64,000 nucleotides of DNA from the human T2T-CHM13v2.0 reference genome, Homo sapiens, in assembly GCF_009914755.1 (NCBI RefSeq), contig NC_060925.1, one strand, 5' to 3'. This document shows positions 1 to 12,037 of the stretch, piece by piece. How positions within the stretch are numbered: the stretch's first letter is position 1; each line of letters starts with the position of its first letter. A program made the translations under genes and the position numbers. Under the pieces are notes generated by a model. The model was not told the origin of the DNA. It made no database searches and saw only the letters and a program-made list of their open reading frames with translations.

Positions 1-830
1 AGAATCATAACGAGGCAGGCTGTAACATCAGCAGTCATAACACATAAGGAGGAATGCCCCCAGAGTTTCTACGGACAACTGTTCCAACCTAGAATTCCAT
101 GCCCAGCCACACTCACCAAATTGTAAGGGTAGAATAAAGCTATCTCTTGGCATTCAAAGAAAGCTAACCTCTGAACCATCCTTTCTTGGGAATCTACTAG
201 AAGATGTGCTCCACCAAGAAGGGGTAAACCAAGAAAGAAAATGACATGAAAGGCACACGACAGAGACTCAAACCCAAGAGAGAAGCCAAGAAAGGTCCTA
301 GGAGGATGGCCAAGGGCCCTCCCAAGATGCCAGCCAGGCAGCAGCCCACAGGAGCAGCAGCCAGCCCAGACAGAAGTAGGTCAGGGGCCCTGGGAGAGGC
401 ATCTTAAGATGACAAGAGTGATAGTGAACCTGATGTGTTGGTTGTATTGTGAAAGAAAAAAGGGAATCATGGGAAATAGTATGGGTCAGCTTTGAGTAAC
501 TTTTTCCATGGGCACAATACGGTACATACTAATTATGAATCCAACAAACTCTATGAGGATTGTATTGTGCAGGTGTGGAGATGGGCCGTGTGTGTGTGGG
601 TGAGGAGAGCAGTAAAAAAGAATTAAAGTCAATAGATAATGTTAAAAACTGAAAAAAAACAATCACATGTCAATAAAAGCCATGTTACTTGGAGATACAG
701 AAATAAATACCAAAGGAAAAACCAGGGTGTTATGTATGGCATAGGGCTGATGTGCTTTTGTAATAAGTCAGACAGAACTACGTGATTCTATGTGCATCTA
801 TGGCTTCAGGGAAAGTAAAAAATTTTATAT
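1..830 (+). mobile_element. Ancient HAL1/L1M-like LINE remnant in CCSAP intron 2
   Basis: Motifs ttccaacctagaattccatgcccagcc...gggtagaataaag and ctactagaagatgtgctccacca resemble the HAL1 ORF1 3' region; degenerate, no ORF. Confidence 0.5.
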
Positions 831-1097
831 TTTATAGAAACTCAAAAGAGTGCTCATTGCACTAGTATTTAAAACCATCCACTTAAAAACCAGGATATTT
901 AATCTTGTGCAAGCAACACAGGAGTCAAGAGGGCCTTACGGGTAGGAGCAAAACAAAAGATGCTGCGATTGAGTCCTGAAAGCAGAAAACATCCTTTCTT
1001 CTTCCTGATGCCTAAACCAGAAACGTTAGCAGGGAAGAAATAACTGAGAGGACGCTATATTTAAGGAAACCAAAATAATCATGAACTCAGAGCTTAC

Positions 1098-1122
1098 CTG
1101 AGCTGGTAAATACAGGCACCAT
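1098..1122 (-). CDS. CCSAP: Candidate alternative first coding segment of short CCSAP isoform (MVPVFTSS + phase-1 G)
   Basis: Minus strand ATG GTG CCT GTA TTT ACC AGC TCA G|GTAAGC: strong donor, same phase (1) as the main coding exon donor at 2803; upstream acceptor TTTTTAG| at 1140/1139. Confidence 0.6.
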
Positions 1123-1610
1123 CCATATCACAACGCTGCCTAAAAATTGTATTTATATTGCATGCAAATATTTGACAACTCCATCACAAACAATAAAAGA
1201 TCGGGGAGAGAAAAGCCATTTAGCCTGATAAAGTACATCTCAATTTAGCTAGCAGATCAGTACCCACAGGAATAATCTGGAAGGCATGTTCCCTACCCCC
1301 TCCACCTTCTGTTATTTGCATTTCTAGCAGTGATCACTGAAGCATCAGGATTTGTGGGGATTCACAAGTAACATCATGATGGGAGGAGGCAGCCCTGCCT
1401 CCGATGATGAGCTGAAAATAGCTGAAGATGGTAAAACCAAGAGCAAAGCAACCCGGCTCATAGCCGAAATTTCATCTCCTCCTCAGCCTCTCACAGAGAA
1501 GCCAGGAAGAGTCTGATTGGCTTGCAATCGGGTAAACAAAAATAAACACATAAATGAATAAAGTCACTGATCCTGAGCTTCCGTTTTTTCATCTATAAAA
1601 CTGAGATTAG

Positions 1611-2075
<465 letters not shown>

Positions 2076-2382
2076 TTACTCCAGGCTGTACTGAGGCGTT
2101 CAACTGGGTCCCCAGCCCTGCAAGCCTCTGGGCAGGAAAGAAGGTGAAGGGGCCATGCCTTGAAAACACGCGCAGCGCCACCGGCGCTTTCGGATCTGGA
2201 CAGGCGAGGGAGGATGGGGAGGGACGGAAGGGGAGAGGCCCTAGCACTTATAAAGATGCTCTCACAGCCAAGTTATTCAACACTCCACGTAAACAAATGC
2301 AAAATATTCTTTAGGGACAGCGTAGCGAGGTCGGGGAGTTAATACGGAAAACAATGGCCCCATTCATCAGACAAAGCTTAGC

Positions 2383-2445
2383 TCTGTGGTTCTTAACCTT
2401 TTGGGTTACCTTTGAGAATCTGATTAAAGCTGGGGCTCCTCTGAT
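2383..2445. mobile_element. hAT-Charlie MITE fragment (Charlie4z-like)
   Basis: gtggttcttaacctttt...ctttgagaatctgattaaagct, homologous to the copy at 9968-10120. Confidence 0.45.
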
Positions 2446-2802
2446 CAAAAATGGGCGCCTAGAAATAAGCAGATGGGACTCAGTGGTTCGCCAAGAAATA
2501 AGATGGGATTCAGAGGTTTGCCAAGCCGCAGAGGCCCGCGAGGAAAGACCCCAGACTCAGCCAGCGGCGCTTCAATTGAGTTCACCGCTGGCTCGACCGA
2601 AAGCCACCTAATTAAGGAAATAAAGGGTGGCAAAGGCTGCCACCTTCCCTATTTTGTCAAGAGAGACGGATTCTGTCAACCGAAAAAAAAAAAAGGAAGA
2701 GCCAGCCCCGAGTGGCGCAAGAAATAAGAGATCAGCTGCTCAGAGCTTAGAGCAAACCGTCCCTGCGTGCAGGCCCCTCGCGCTCCCCTCCGGGCCGGGT
2801 AC

Positions 2803-3169
2803 CTGGCAGAGCCGCGTCCTCCGCGTCCTCGGCCTCCGCGTCCCCGGCCTCCGCGTCCTGCTCCTCCGGGGCCCCGCGCGCCCGCCGTTCCGCCTCCTCC
2901 TGGGTCGCCGGCTCTACGGGCGGCGGGGGCGAGGGCGGGGCGCACCGGGGTGCGGGGCCCCCGGCGCCCGACGACTCTGACGACGCCGAGTCCTCCGAGG
3001 AGCCGGCCGGGCCCCAGTCGTCCCAGAGCCAGGGCGCGTGCGCCTGCTCCAGCAGCCGGCGGCCTAGGCGGTAGTGCAGCAGCTCGCGGTAGCACGGCCC
3101 GTACTCCTCCCAGCGCGGCTCCTGGTAGCGCTTCATGTACTCGCTCTTCACCCCGCTCCCCGGGGACAT
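2803..3169 (-). CDS. CCSAP: CCSAP first coding exon (centriole, cilia and spindle-associated protein, C1orf96), codons 1-122 plus 1 nt; gene continues left of the window
   Basis: Translation MSPGSGVKSEYMKRYQEPRWEEYGPCYRELLHYRLGRRLLEQAHAPWLWDDW... recognised as CCSAP; Kozak GGCACCATG; donor CCAG|GTACCC at 2803/2802. Confidence 0.95.
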
Positions 3170-3217
3170 GGTGCCGTCCGCCGCCTCGAGCGCCAGCCGC
3201 TCCTCGCTGCCCGCAGC
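3170..3217 (-). other. CCSAP: 5'UTR part of CCSAP exon 2
   Basis: Acceptor GTCCCGTAG|GCTGCG at 3218/3217, 48 nt upstream of the ATG. Confidence 0.7.
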
Positions 3218-3615
3218 CTACGGGACCCGGTACACGACACAGAGGCCGCCCCGCCCCTCCGCCGGCCCTGCCCGCCGCGACGTTTAAACCCGGAGCCCCG
3301 CCCGGACGGGAGCAGGGGGCGGGTCCCGGCGAGGGCGGGGAGGGGGCGGGGCGGGGGCGGCCTCACCCGGCGGCCGGGACCAAGAGCAGAGGCGGGGACC
3401 GGGGCTGCTGGGGTCGAGGGGCGCGCCGCCGAGGAGGGCTGCTCAGTGGGCGGAAGGCAGGGAGGCTGCGGGCTGGGGCGAGGGGACCGCAGGAGACTGG
3501 GGCTGAGCGGGAGGAGGAGCGAGGGAGGGGAGCGGCGGGGCCCGTGATCGGGTGGTCCTGGGGTCTCCGGAGGCGTCCCCTGAGCTAGGCGTGCGGTCCC
3601 GCGGGGCTGCCTTAC

Positions 3616-3720
3616 CTCCTTCCCGCCGCGCCCGGCCGATCCTCTGCGCCCAGGCCCGAGGCGCGCGTGGCGCAGCAGCTAAAGCGCAGCTCGCTCTCCC
3701 GCGCGCTTTCCTCCTGAGCA
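3616..3720 (-). other. CCSAP: CCSAP non-coding exon 1 (TSS boundary approximate)
   Basis: Strong donor GGAG|GTAAGG at 3616/3615 inside the CpG island. Confidence 0.65.
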
Positions 3721-4208
3721 AGATGTCGCCGCGGCGGCCCGCGCTCCAGCTGCAGGCGGGAGGCGGTGGCGCCGCCTCAGTCCCGGAGCCTCCACGCGCG
3801 CTCCCGGCCCCCGGGCCTCCGCCCGCTCCGTGGGGGCGGCTGCTTCCGTAGAGAGCGCGAGGCGCGGGGGTGCGGGCGTGCCTGCCAGTCCGAGGGGCCC
3901 AGGCCCAGGTCCCTGGCCCACTTATTTGAGGTGCCCGTCCACCCTGGTCCCAGCAGACGCTGTCCCAGGCACGCGTCACTCTGCAGGAGTCGTCAGTTAG
4001 GGGCAAGAGATGATCCCTCCAGATATGCAGCCCCCCCAGGCTGCGGCCGGGGGCGACACTCTCTGTCCTCACTCGAAACCTACCGGTTCTTCCTCTCTGT
4101 GTTCACAACACCTGTTACTCTGGCTTTAACTCCCTTTTATATCTACACTCCCCAAATTCTTTTAGATTTTGATCAAAACCATTTCACTCGCTCAGAGATT
4201 CGTTTGCA

Positions 4209-4842
4209 CATAAAAGCTTGACAGATTAACTTACGTTGTGCAGAAGTATACAAAGTTGTCCCATTTGTTACAGTTTCAAAAGTGGCCCCACACTCTTTTC
4301 CCTTTTTACACATAAAACCTTCACAGATCCAGTTACTTTGTGCAGAAGTATACAACGTTGCCCCATTTGTTACAGTTTCAAAAGTGGCCCCGCACTGTTT
4401 TCCCTTTTTGCTCATAAAACCTCCACAGATCCGGCTGAGCGCTGTGGCTCACGCCTGTAATCCCAGCATTTTGGGAGGCCGAGGCGGGTGGCTCACGAGG
4501 TCAGGAGATCGAGACCATCCTGGCTAACACAGTGAAACCCCATCTCTACTAAAAAAATAAAAATAAAAAGAATTAGCCCGGCGTGGTGGTGAACGGCTGT
4601 AGTCCCAGCTACTCGGGAGCCTGAGGCAGGAGAATGGCGTGAACCCGGGAGGCGGAGCTTGCAGTGAGCCTAGATTGCGCCACTGCACTCCAGCCTGGGC
4701 GACAGAGCAAGACTCCGTCTCAAAAAAAATAAAAAATAAAAAATAAAAACCTTCACAGATCCAGTTATATTGTACAGAAGAATACAACGTTGCCCCATTT
4801 GTTACAGTTTCAGAAGTGGTCCTGCACTATTTTCCCTTTCTT
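4209..4842. repeat. 102-bp tandem repeat, 3 copies, third copy split by AluY
   Basis: Units begin cataaaa at 4209, 4311, 4413; shared core cagaagtatacaa.gttg.cccatttgttacagtttca.aagtgg; third unit resumes after the Alu (4746-4842). Confidence 0.92.
4433..4745 (+). mobile_element. AluY with 17-bp TSD
   Basis: Y-type diagnostics (gaccatcctggctaacac, ggagaatggcgtgaacccgggaggcggagcttgc); TSD aaaacct(c/t)cacagatcc at 4416-4432 and 4746-4762. Confidence 0.93.
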
Positions 4843-5019
4843 AAAAAAAGAGCCTTGATACAGTAGCTGCAAAAAGATTTGAAAGGAAAAAACTTTTGGA
4901 AAATCTAAATATATATATAGCAGTTAAAAAGCAAGCCCAGGCCGTGAGTAGCGCTCACGGCTTCCACGTCAGGATTCCCACGAATTCACCTACTTTCTAC
5001 GTGTCCGCATCCTGCCTCC

Positions 5020-5340
5020 CACCACCACCGCCCACCTCATCATAGCTAAATGATTCAGAGGCGGCTACTGGCCCAAATGGGGCGGGTCAGACCGTCTGCT
5101 CTGAAAACTTGAAGTTACTAGTCCAATCATTAGCACGGGATTGTGTTAATGGCAGTTTTCTGGACGGAAACTCCAGGATACCCTGCTGCTAATGAGTCCG
5201 CGGACGCCATGATTTCTCCCCTTCCCAACTTTATTTTCTGTTCCTTGACTTACATTAGGGACATTCTAATGCACTTTCCTTTTGTTTAAGCTGGCTGGGG
5301 TTGGTTTCTGATGTTTGCAACCAAAGTAGCCTTAATAAAG
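5020..5340 (+). mobile_element. Old ERVL-type LTR (LTR16/LTR33-like)
   Basis: 3' end cctttttgtttaagctggctggggttggtttctgatgtttgcaacc is typical of this group. Confidence 0.4.
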
Positions 5341-5394
5341 ATTGAATAAGGTGGGGAAATGGTTATATGTAGTTCTATGGGACATGCAGGACAC

Positions 5395-6225
5395 CATCGG
5401 TTTCAGCTTTTGCTGCATAATTCACTCCAAAACTCAGTGGTTTAAAACAGCTAAGATTTATTATTTCTTATGATTCTGAGGGTTAGCTGGGCAGTTCCTC
5501 CGCAGTTGGATTCTGATGGAGAGACAGCAGGGCTGGAAGTTTCAAGATGACCTCCTGATATAGTTGGGATAATTCCTCCAAATCTGAAGTTGAAATTGAT
5601 CCCCAATGTTGGAGGTGGGGCCTAGTGGGAAGTGTGTGGGTCATGGGGGCAGATCCCTCATGCATGGCTTGGTGCCATTCTTCAGTAACGAGTGAGTTCT
5701 CACTCTTTTAGTTTGCATGAGAGCTTGTTGTTCAAAAAGAGCCTGGCATGTCCTCCTCTCTCTCTCTCACTCCCTTTCTCTCTCCATGTGACATGACAGC
5801 TCCCCTTCCCCTTCCACCATGATTGGAAGCTCCCTGAGGCCTCACCAGAAGCAGATGCTGACACTGTGCTTCCTGTATAGCCTGCAGAACCATGAGCCAA
5901 ATAAACCTGTTTTATTTATAAATTACCCAGCCTCCGGTATTCCTTTATAACAGCACAAAACAAACTAGTACACCTCCCTTACATAACTGGCAGTGGGGTG
6001 GGCTGTGGGCTGGGCCGTCTTGGTCACATCCTCCAGAAGCCTGGACTGGCATCTCAAGGTCATATACATCTCCTGCTGCATTCTCACGTTCAAAGAAATC
6101 ACAAGGCTAAGAGTCAAGGGAGAGAAATGAACTTCCCTTCTGCATAAGAGGAGCAGCAAATTCACATTCCAAAAGGGATTGCATACCGGGTGAAGGAATT
6201 TGCGGGCATATTTTACAATCTTCAA
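5395..6225 (-). mobile_element. Old MLT1 MaLR LTR split by an MST insertion
   Basis: ccaaaactcagtggtttaaaac...atttattatttcttatgattctg; continues after 5977. Confidence 0.6.
5556..5972 (+). mobile_element. MST (MSTB-like) solo LTR
   Basis: TG...CA termini, perfect 5-bp TSD CCTCC, cctgcagaaccatgagccaaataaacc motif. Confidence 0.9.
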
Positions 6226-6256
6226 CACAACACACACACACACACACACACACACA
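6224..6256. repeat. (CA)n microsatellite
   Basis: Direct reading. Confidence 0.9.
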
Positions 6257-6263
6257 AATATAA

Positions 6264-6490
6264 GGGCACTCTGGGAGGCCAAGGCAGGCGGATCACCTGA
6301 GGTCAGGAGTTCAAGACCAACCTGGCCAACATGGCGAAACCTCATTTTTACTAAAAATACAAAAATTAGCTGGACTTGGTGGTGCATGCTTGTAGTCCCA
6401 GCTACTCCGGAGGCTGACAGGAGAATTACTTGAACCTGAGAGGCAGAGGTAAGCTGAGATCATACCACTGCACTCTAACCTGAGCGACTG
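6264..6490 (+). mobile_element. AluS, truncated at both ends
   Basis: gcactctgggaggccaaggcaggcggatcacctgagg. Confidence 0.9.
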
Positions 6491-7109
6491 CACCCTATTT
6501 ACAAGAGAGGCTTGCAAATATCTGGCTTTTCTAGGTTCTACACTGGCATGGGAATTCATAAAAAGTGTCAAGTAGATAGCGGATGTCTCCTGAGTATGTT
6601 TGTATTTGGAAGGGGCAGTCGGGGGCTGGGGACGGGGGGAGAGAGAGGGAGAGAGAACAGCACCATCCAGAGACAAATGGGAAGGAGAGGGCAGTGGATG
6701 GAAGGAGCACTGTGTGGGAGGAGTGGGTACAGAGCACGTGAATTGGGGAGGAGTCAGGAGGAGTGGGTACACAGCATGTGAGTTGGAAGATCAGCTTTTT
6801 CTCAGAAGCAAGGAAGAGGGAAGTTGAGGAAGCCCTCGGAGGATGGCCTCCCCTGGCTCAGAAGAAGAAAATTATTGAGATAGGATGGGCTGGCAAGCTG
6901 AGGGAGTGATAGTGCCAGAGGCTTAGGGTGGAAGGGCTCCAAGAGGTTCAGCCACACCCCCCGAGAGGTGGACAGCCTTCATGTCCCTGTGAGGCTGCCT
7001 GTTCTGCTCCTGGCCAGACTCGGTCGCCAGCAGATTTTCTCATGTGGAATCTGTATGCCTGTGTGGCAAATATCTATTGTTTATCTTTCAGGAGTGCAGC
7101 TCCAGGCCC

Positions 7110-7399
7110 TTTTTTTTTGGAGATGGAGTCTCACTCTGTCGCCCAGGCTGGAGTGCAGTGGCGCGATCTTGGCTCACTGCAACTCCCCTTCCTGAGTTCA
7201 AGCTATTCCCCTGCCTCAGCCTCCTGAGTAGCTGGGACTACAGGCACCTGCCACCATGCCCGGCTAGATTTTGTATTTTTAGTAGAGACAGAGTTTCACC
7301 ATGTTGGCCACGCTGGTCTTGAACTCCTGACCTCAGGTGATCCATCTGCCTCGGCCTCTCAAAGTGCTGGGATTACAGCATGAGCCACTGTGCCTGGCC
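7110..7399 (-). mobile_element. AluS
   Basis: Poly-T then gagatggagtctcactctgtcgcccaggctgg. Confidence 0.95.
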
Positions 7400-7613
7400 A
7401 GATCTTCCTTTCTATTGGCTCCCCAATCTCCATCAGAGGAAGATGCCCCTCCTCGCCCAGGGCTGCCTCCCATCCAGGGCTTCCTCTGCCAAAATTGAGG
7501 GCACAGATCCTCCCTCTCCTGCCTATGCCTGGATCTTGCAGCCTGGTTTCTGGAGTCCCCTTGGTTTCTCTTAAATTTCCACCCTTTCCATTTTTTCTGT
7601 GAGCCTCTTAGGC

Positions 7614-7936
7614 CAGGGGTTCTGGTACCATCTATGGCCTGTTAGGTTCTGAGCCGCATTGCAAGAGGTGAGCGGCATGTGAACAATTACCACCTGAGCT
7701 CAGCCTCCTGTCAGATCAGCAGCAGGATTAGATTCTCATAGGAGTGCGAACCCTTTTATGAACTGTGCATGCGAGGGATCTAAGTTGCGCACTCCTTATG
7801 AGAATCTGTCTAATGCCTGATGATCTAAGGTGGAACAGTTTCATCACTAAACCACGCTGCCTTGCATCCCCACATCTGTAGAAAAATTGTCTTCCACGAA
7901 ACTAGTCCTTGGTGCCAACAAGGTTGGGGACCGCTG
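7614..7936 (+). mobile_element. MER1 (MER1B-like) hAT-Charlie DNA transposon
   Basis: cagggg...ggttggggaccgctg termini; degenerate 8-bp TSD tcttaggc/ccttaggt; ctcctgtcagatcagc...ttagattctcatagg core. Confidence 0.85.
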
Positions 7937-8329
7937 CCTTAGGTCATTCCTAAAAGTTCCCTCTAGCTTAAGAAACCAGTCCCAAGCCAGTAACATTTGC
8001 CACTGTTCTGTCTTTTAATCTTTGCTCATCGGTCCTCATCTCATCTGCAGAACAAATTGACACCCTCGTCCATTGTGGCTGTCCTTCAGTACTGTATGAA
8101 CAAGGGATCCTCTGGAGGGAGGCTTACCTCCTCTGTTCTAGAAATACGATCTTATAGGTTATGCTTATGACTATAGTAGATTTTTTAACAGCTAGACCTT
8201 ACATATGGTCAATTATGTCCCAGAGAGGAGTCCTTCCCACCCCATGAGTGCTGTCCAGTTTGGTCTTTCTCATCAAGTTCTTGTTATTTTAACACAAAGG
8301 CAAATGTATAAATGGACACGTATTGCTTC

Positions 8330-8790
8330 ATCTGCTCACTGCTCTTCCCTGTCCCCCTGTGGTTCTCCTGGGGCTGTCAACCCCAGCCTCCCACTCTGTC
8401 CCCATCTATAGGGAAAGGGAAGTGACCTGGGCTTGGCCAATCAGATCATCTTATGCCCCTGGCAACAGCTGCGCATGTGATGGAAGAATCTTTGTCTATA
8501 ATTGGAATACCAAGAAGTTCTCTTTTGCTGGTGGTCTTTGGCTCAGACAATATAAGCTTGAGGCTATTAAGTGGCACTTTCTCCAGCTATAGGGAGGAAG
8601 TCCTTTTCCAGTGGGAGAAGAAGAGGCCAGCCTTCAGCAGGAAAGCAGAGCTCAAAGACAAAGAGAAGGAAAGAGAGTCCCAGTGACATTGGTTGAACCC
8701 CTGGCTCTAGCTCTGCCTGAGCCCACAAATATCCTTTCTGTTTAAGCTAGTTTGAATTTTTTTTGTCACTTCCAAGCGGATAAGTCCTGA
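8330..8790 (+). mobile_element. Old ERVL LTR remnant (LTR16/33-like)
   Basis: ttggccaatcag...gtttaagctagtttgaattt...gtcactt motifs. Confidence 0.4.
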
Positions 8791-8809
8791 CATAATAATA
8801 TGCTATTAG

Positions 8810-9063
8810 CTCATGTGGGAGCTGGCTGTTTAAAAGATCTTGGCATCCCTCTTGCTCCCTTTCTTGCCATGTGACATACCTGTTGCCTTTTCCCCTTCTG
8901 CTATGGCTGTGAGCTTCCTGGGCTCCCCCACCCAGAAGCAGATGCCAGCACTGTGCTTCTTGTACAGCCTGCAGAACTATGAGCCAAAAAAACCTCCTTT
9001 TTTTTTTTTTTAAATAAGTTACCCAATTTCTGGAATTCCTTTATATCAACACAAAATGGACTA
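8810..9063 (+). mobile_element. MST LTR 3' fragment
   Basis: cagaagcagatgccagcactgtgcttcttgtacagcctgcagaac. Confidence 0.75.
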
Positions 9064-9606
9064 GTTTACAGAAGATAAGACATATTAAATATCTTAATTG
9101 GAATCAATATCTAAATGTGCTTAGATTCATTTTGAATTGAGGAGGAGTATAAAGAAACCGTAAGAACGGATACAAATTAAAATAAAAGAATTTTTGTTTC
9201 CATTATTTCTGTGGTAGCTGCTATTATCTTAAGTCCTCAAGCGAAGGTAAGGTAAAGAATGCTAACATAGCCCTGCCACATCAACAGTTGCCCCCTGCGC
9301 CCTTCTGCGAAGTATCAGCCAGCAGTGACGGTCACAGTTGTGCAGTTTGAGGGATGTAATCAGCACCCTTTCCCAATGCAGCACGTGAAATACTCAGCTT
9401 TGAAATGTTGTTATTGGACTGAAGAAGTGATTTCAGAAAACTTTTCACAGTGGGCATCTTTGTGTGGAATGAAGACAGGTGACAATGTCAGGAACCCTAC
9501 TGTCCACGGCCTTGACCCAGCTGCTACGTTCCAGTGAGGATTCAATTCCATGCACATCAGTGAAAGCTTGCTGTATCCCTGGCTATGCTGAGGGCAGGAA
9601 ATGTAA

Positions 9607-9943
<337 letters not shown>

Positions 9944-9967
9944 GCCCTTTTAGACTCATTTAAAGCT

Positions 9968-10120
9968 CAGTGGTTCCCAACTTTTGGGGGTCATATACTC
10001 TTTTGAGAATATGATCAAACTTATGGACTTTCTCCCCAGAAAAAATAAATGTACACACAAAACATTTGCCTGCCTGTAACCCTCCCCCATGCTGGCTTAT
10101 GGATCCCAGGAAAAGAACCT
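9968..10120. mobile_element. hAT-Charlie MITE (Charlie4z-like)
   Basis: cagtggttcccaactttt...tttgagaatatgatc...ctccccagaaaaa...aagaacct. Confidence 0.6.
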
Positions 10121-10159
10121 AGGTGCTCTGTTCCACAGACAAACAACATGTAATTAGAT

Positions 10160-10685
10160 GACTAATAGTACTAGCATCCAATGCCTTCTCAATGTCAGGC
10201 ATTTTACTCATATCAGCTCAATTAATTCTCATAGCAACTCTGTGAGAATTAGAAATAGAATCTATTATGTGCCCATTTTACAGATGATGAAATTGAGGAC
10301 TAGACCTAATAAAGAATAAAGAACTCGATTAAGATTACACAGCTAGCAGTGGTGGAATTGGAGCTCAGAGATGGCTGACTCTGGAGTTAATAGTCATGTG
10401 AGGTTGGCCAAGGGATAATTGGCCAGGTGCTCCGAGGCAAAAAATAGAGAAGGTGGAGACTGTGCAGTCTGCCTCAAGGCAGAGCCAGACTGCCTGAGTT
10501 TGAATCTTGGTTTTGCCACTAACTACGTGACTTTGGTCAGGTAACTTCTCTATGCTTCAGTGTCCCTAGGCATGAAACAGAGATAATAACAGTTCCTGTG
10601 AAGACCAGATAAAATTGCAGCTTATGAAGTAGTGAGAACTGTGTCTGCATTGAATAAGCAATCAATAAATGGTAGCTCTTTTTAT
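10160..10685. mobile_element. Two MIR remnants in opposite orientations
   Basis: cccattttacagatgatgaaattgagg (minus) and gagtttgaatcttggttttgccactaacta (plus). Confidence 0.7.
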
Positions 10686-10909
10686 TGTTAAGCTGGATGA
10701 CCCCAGTGCTTTGAGGATGGCTCCACATACGAAGGAAGAACGACAAAGAACAGATGTATCCAGAAACACAAGCAGAGAACTGGCTTAGGGTCTTCAAACT
10801 GCAGGTGAACAGTTGTCACTAGTACTATGTAATTTAGGATAGTGAGGAATGAAGAAAACTTGGGTTTCACAGTAGAATAGTTTGCTGGTGAGTTTCAAGA
10901 ATGAGGTTT

Positions 10910-11569
<660 letters not shown>

Positions 11570-11692
11570 CTAAGGAATGTGTGAATAGTGAGGAAATGAA
11601 TGTAGCTGGTATAAGTCACTCATTTAAAAAGTCTAATACAGAACCAGGCTTGTTATCATGCTGATCCCGTCATTGATGGATTAAAATAAATC

Positions 11693-11985
<293 letters not shown>

Positions 11986-12037
11986 ATATATTTGTGTTTG
12001 TAAGAAAGTCACGTTGATAACTTTTTGGGGAATTATA

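Larger units (their letters stand above)
2520..4080. promoter_or_regulatory. CCSAP: CpG island / CCSAP promoter
   Basis: Very GC- and CpG-rich; multiple GGGGCGGGG GC boxes (about 3332-3360); spans exon 1 and the first coding exon. Confidence 0.92.

Noticed and set aside
2747-2802. C-terminal GTRPGGERE... of the 140-aa ORF
   Set aside because: Read-through into intron 2 past the donor at 2803/2802
2767-3588. 273-aa plus-strand ORF and other long ORFs overlapping the CpG island
   Set aside because: Pro/Arg/Gly-rich, mostly non-ATG starts; expected from stop-codon scarcity in very GC-rich DNA antisense to CCSAP
4357-4373. Possible RFX X-box (GTTGCC...) in the tandem unit, attractive for a ciliary gene
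   Set aside because: Second half-site does not fit RGYAAC
4209-4842. Repeat array as CRISPR-like or coding repeat (ORF 4173-4415)
   Set aside because: Contiguous tandem units with no unique spacers, primate context, no cas genes; the repeated peptide only reflects the 102-nt period
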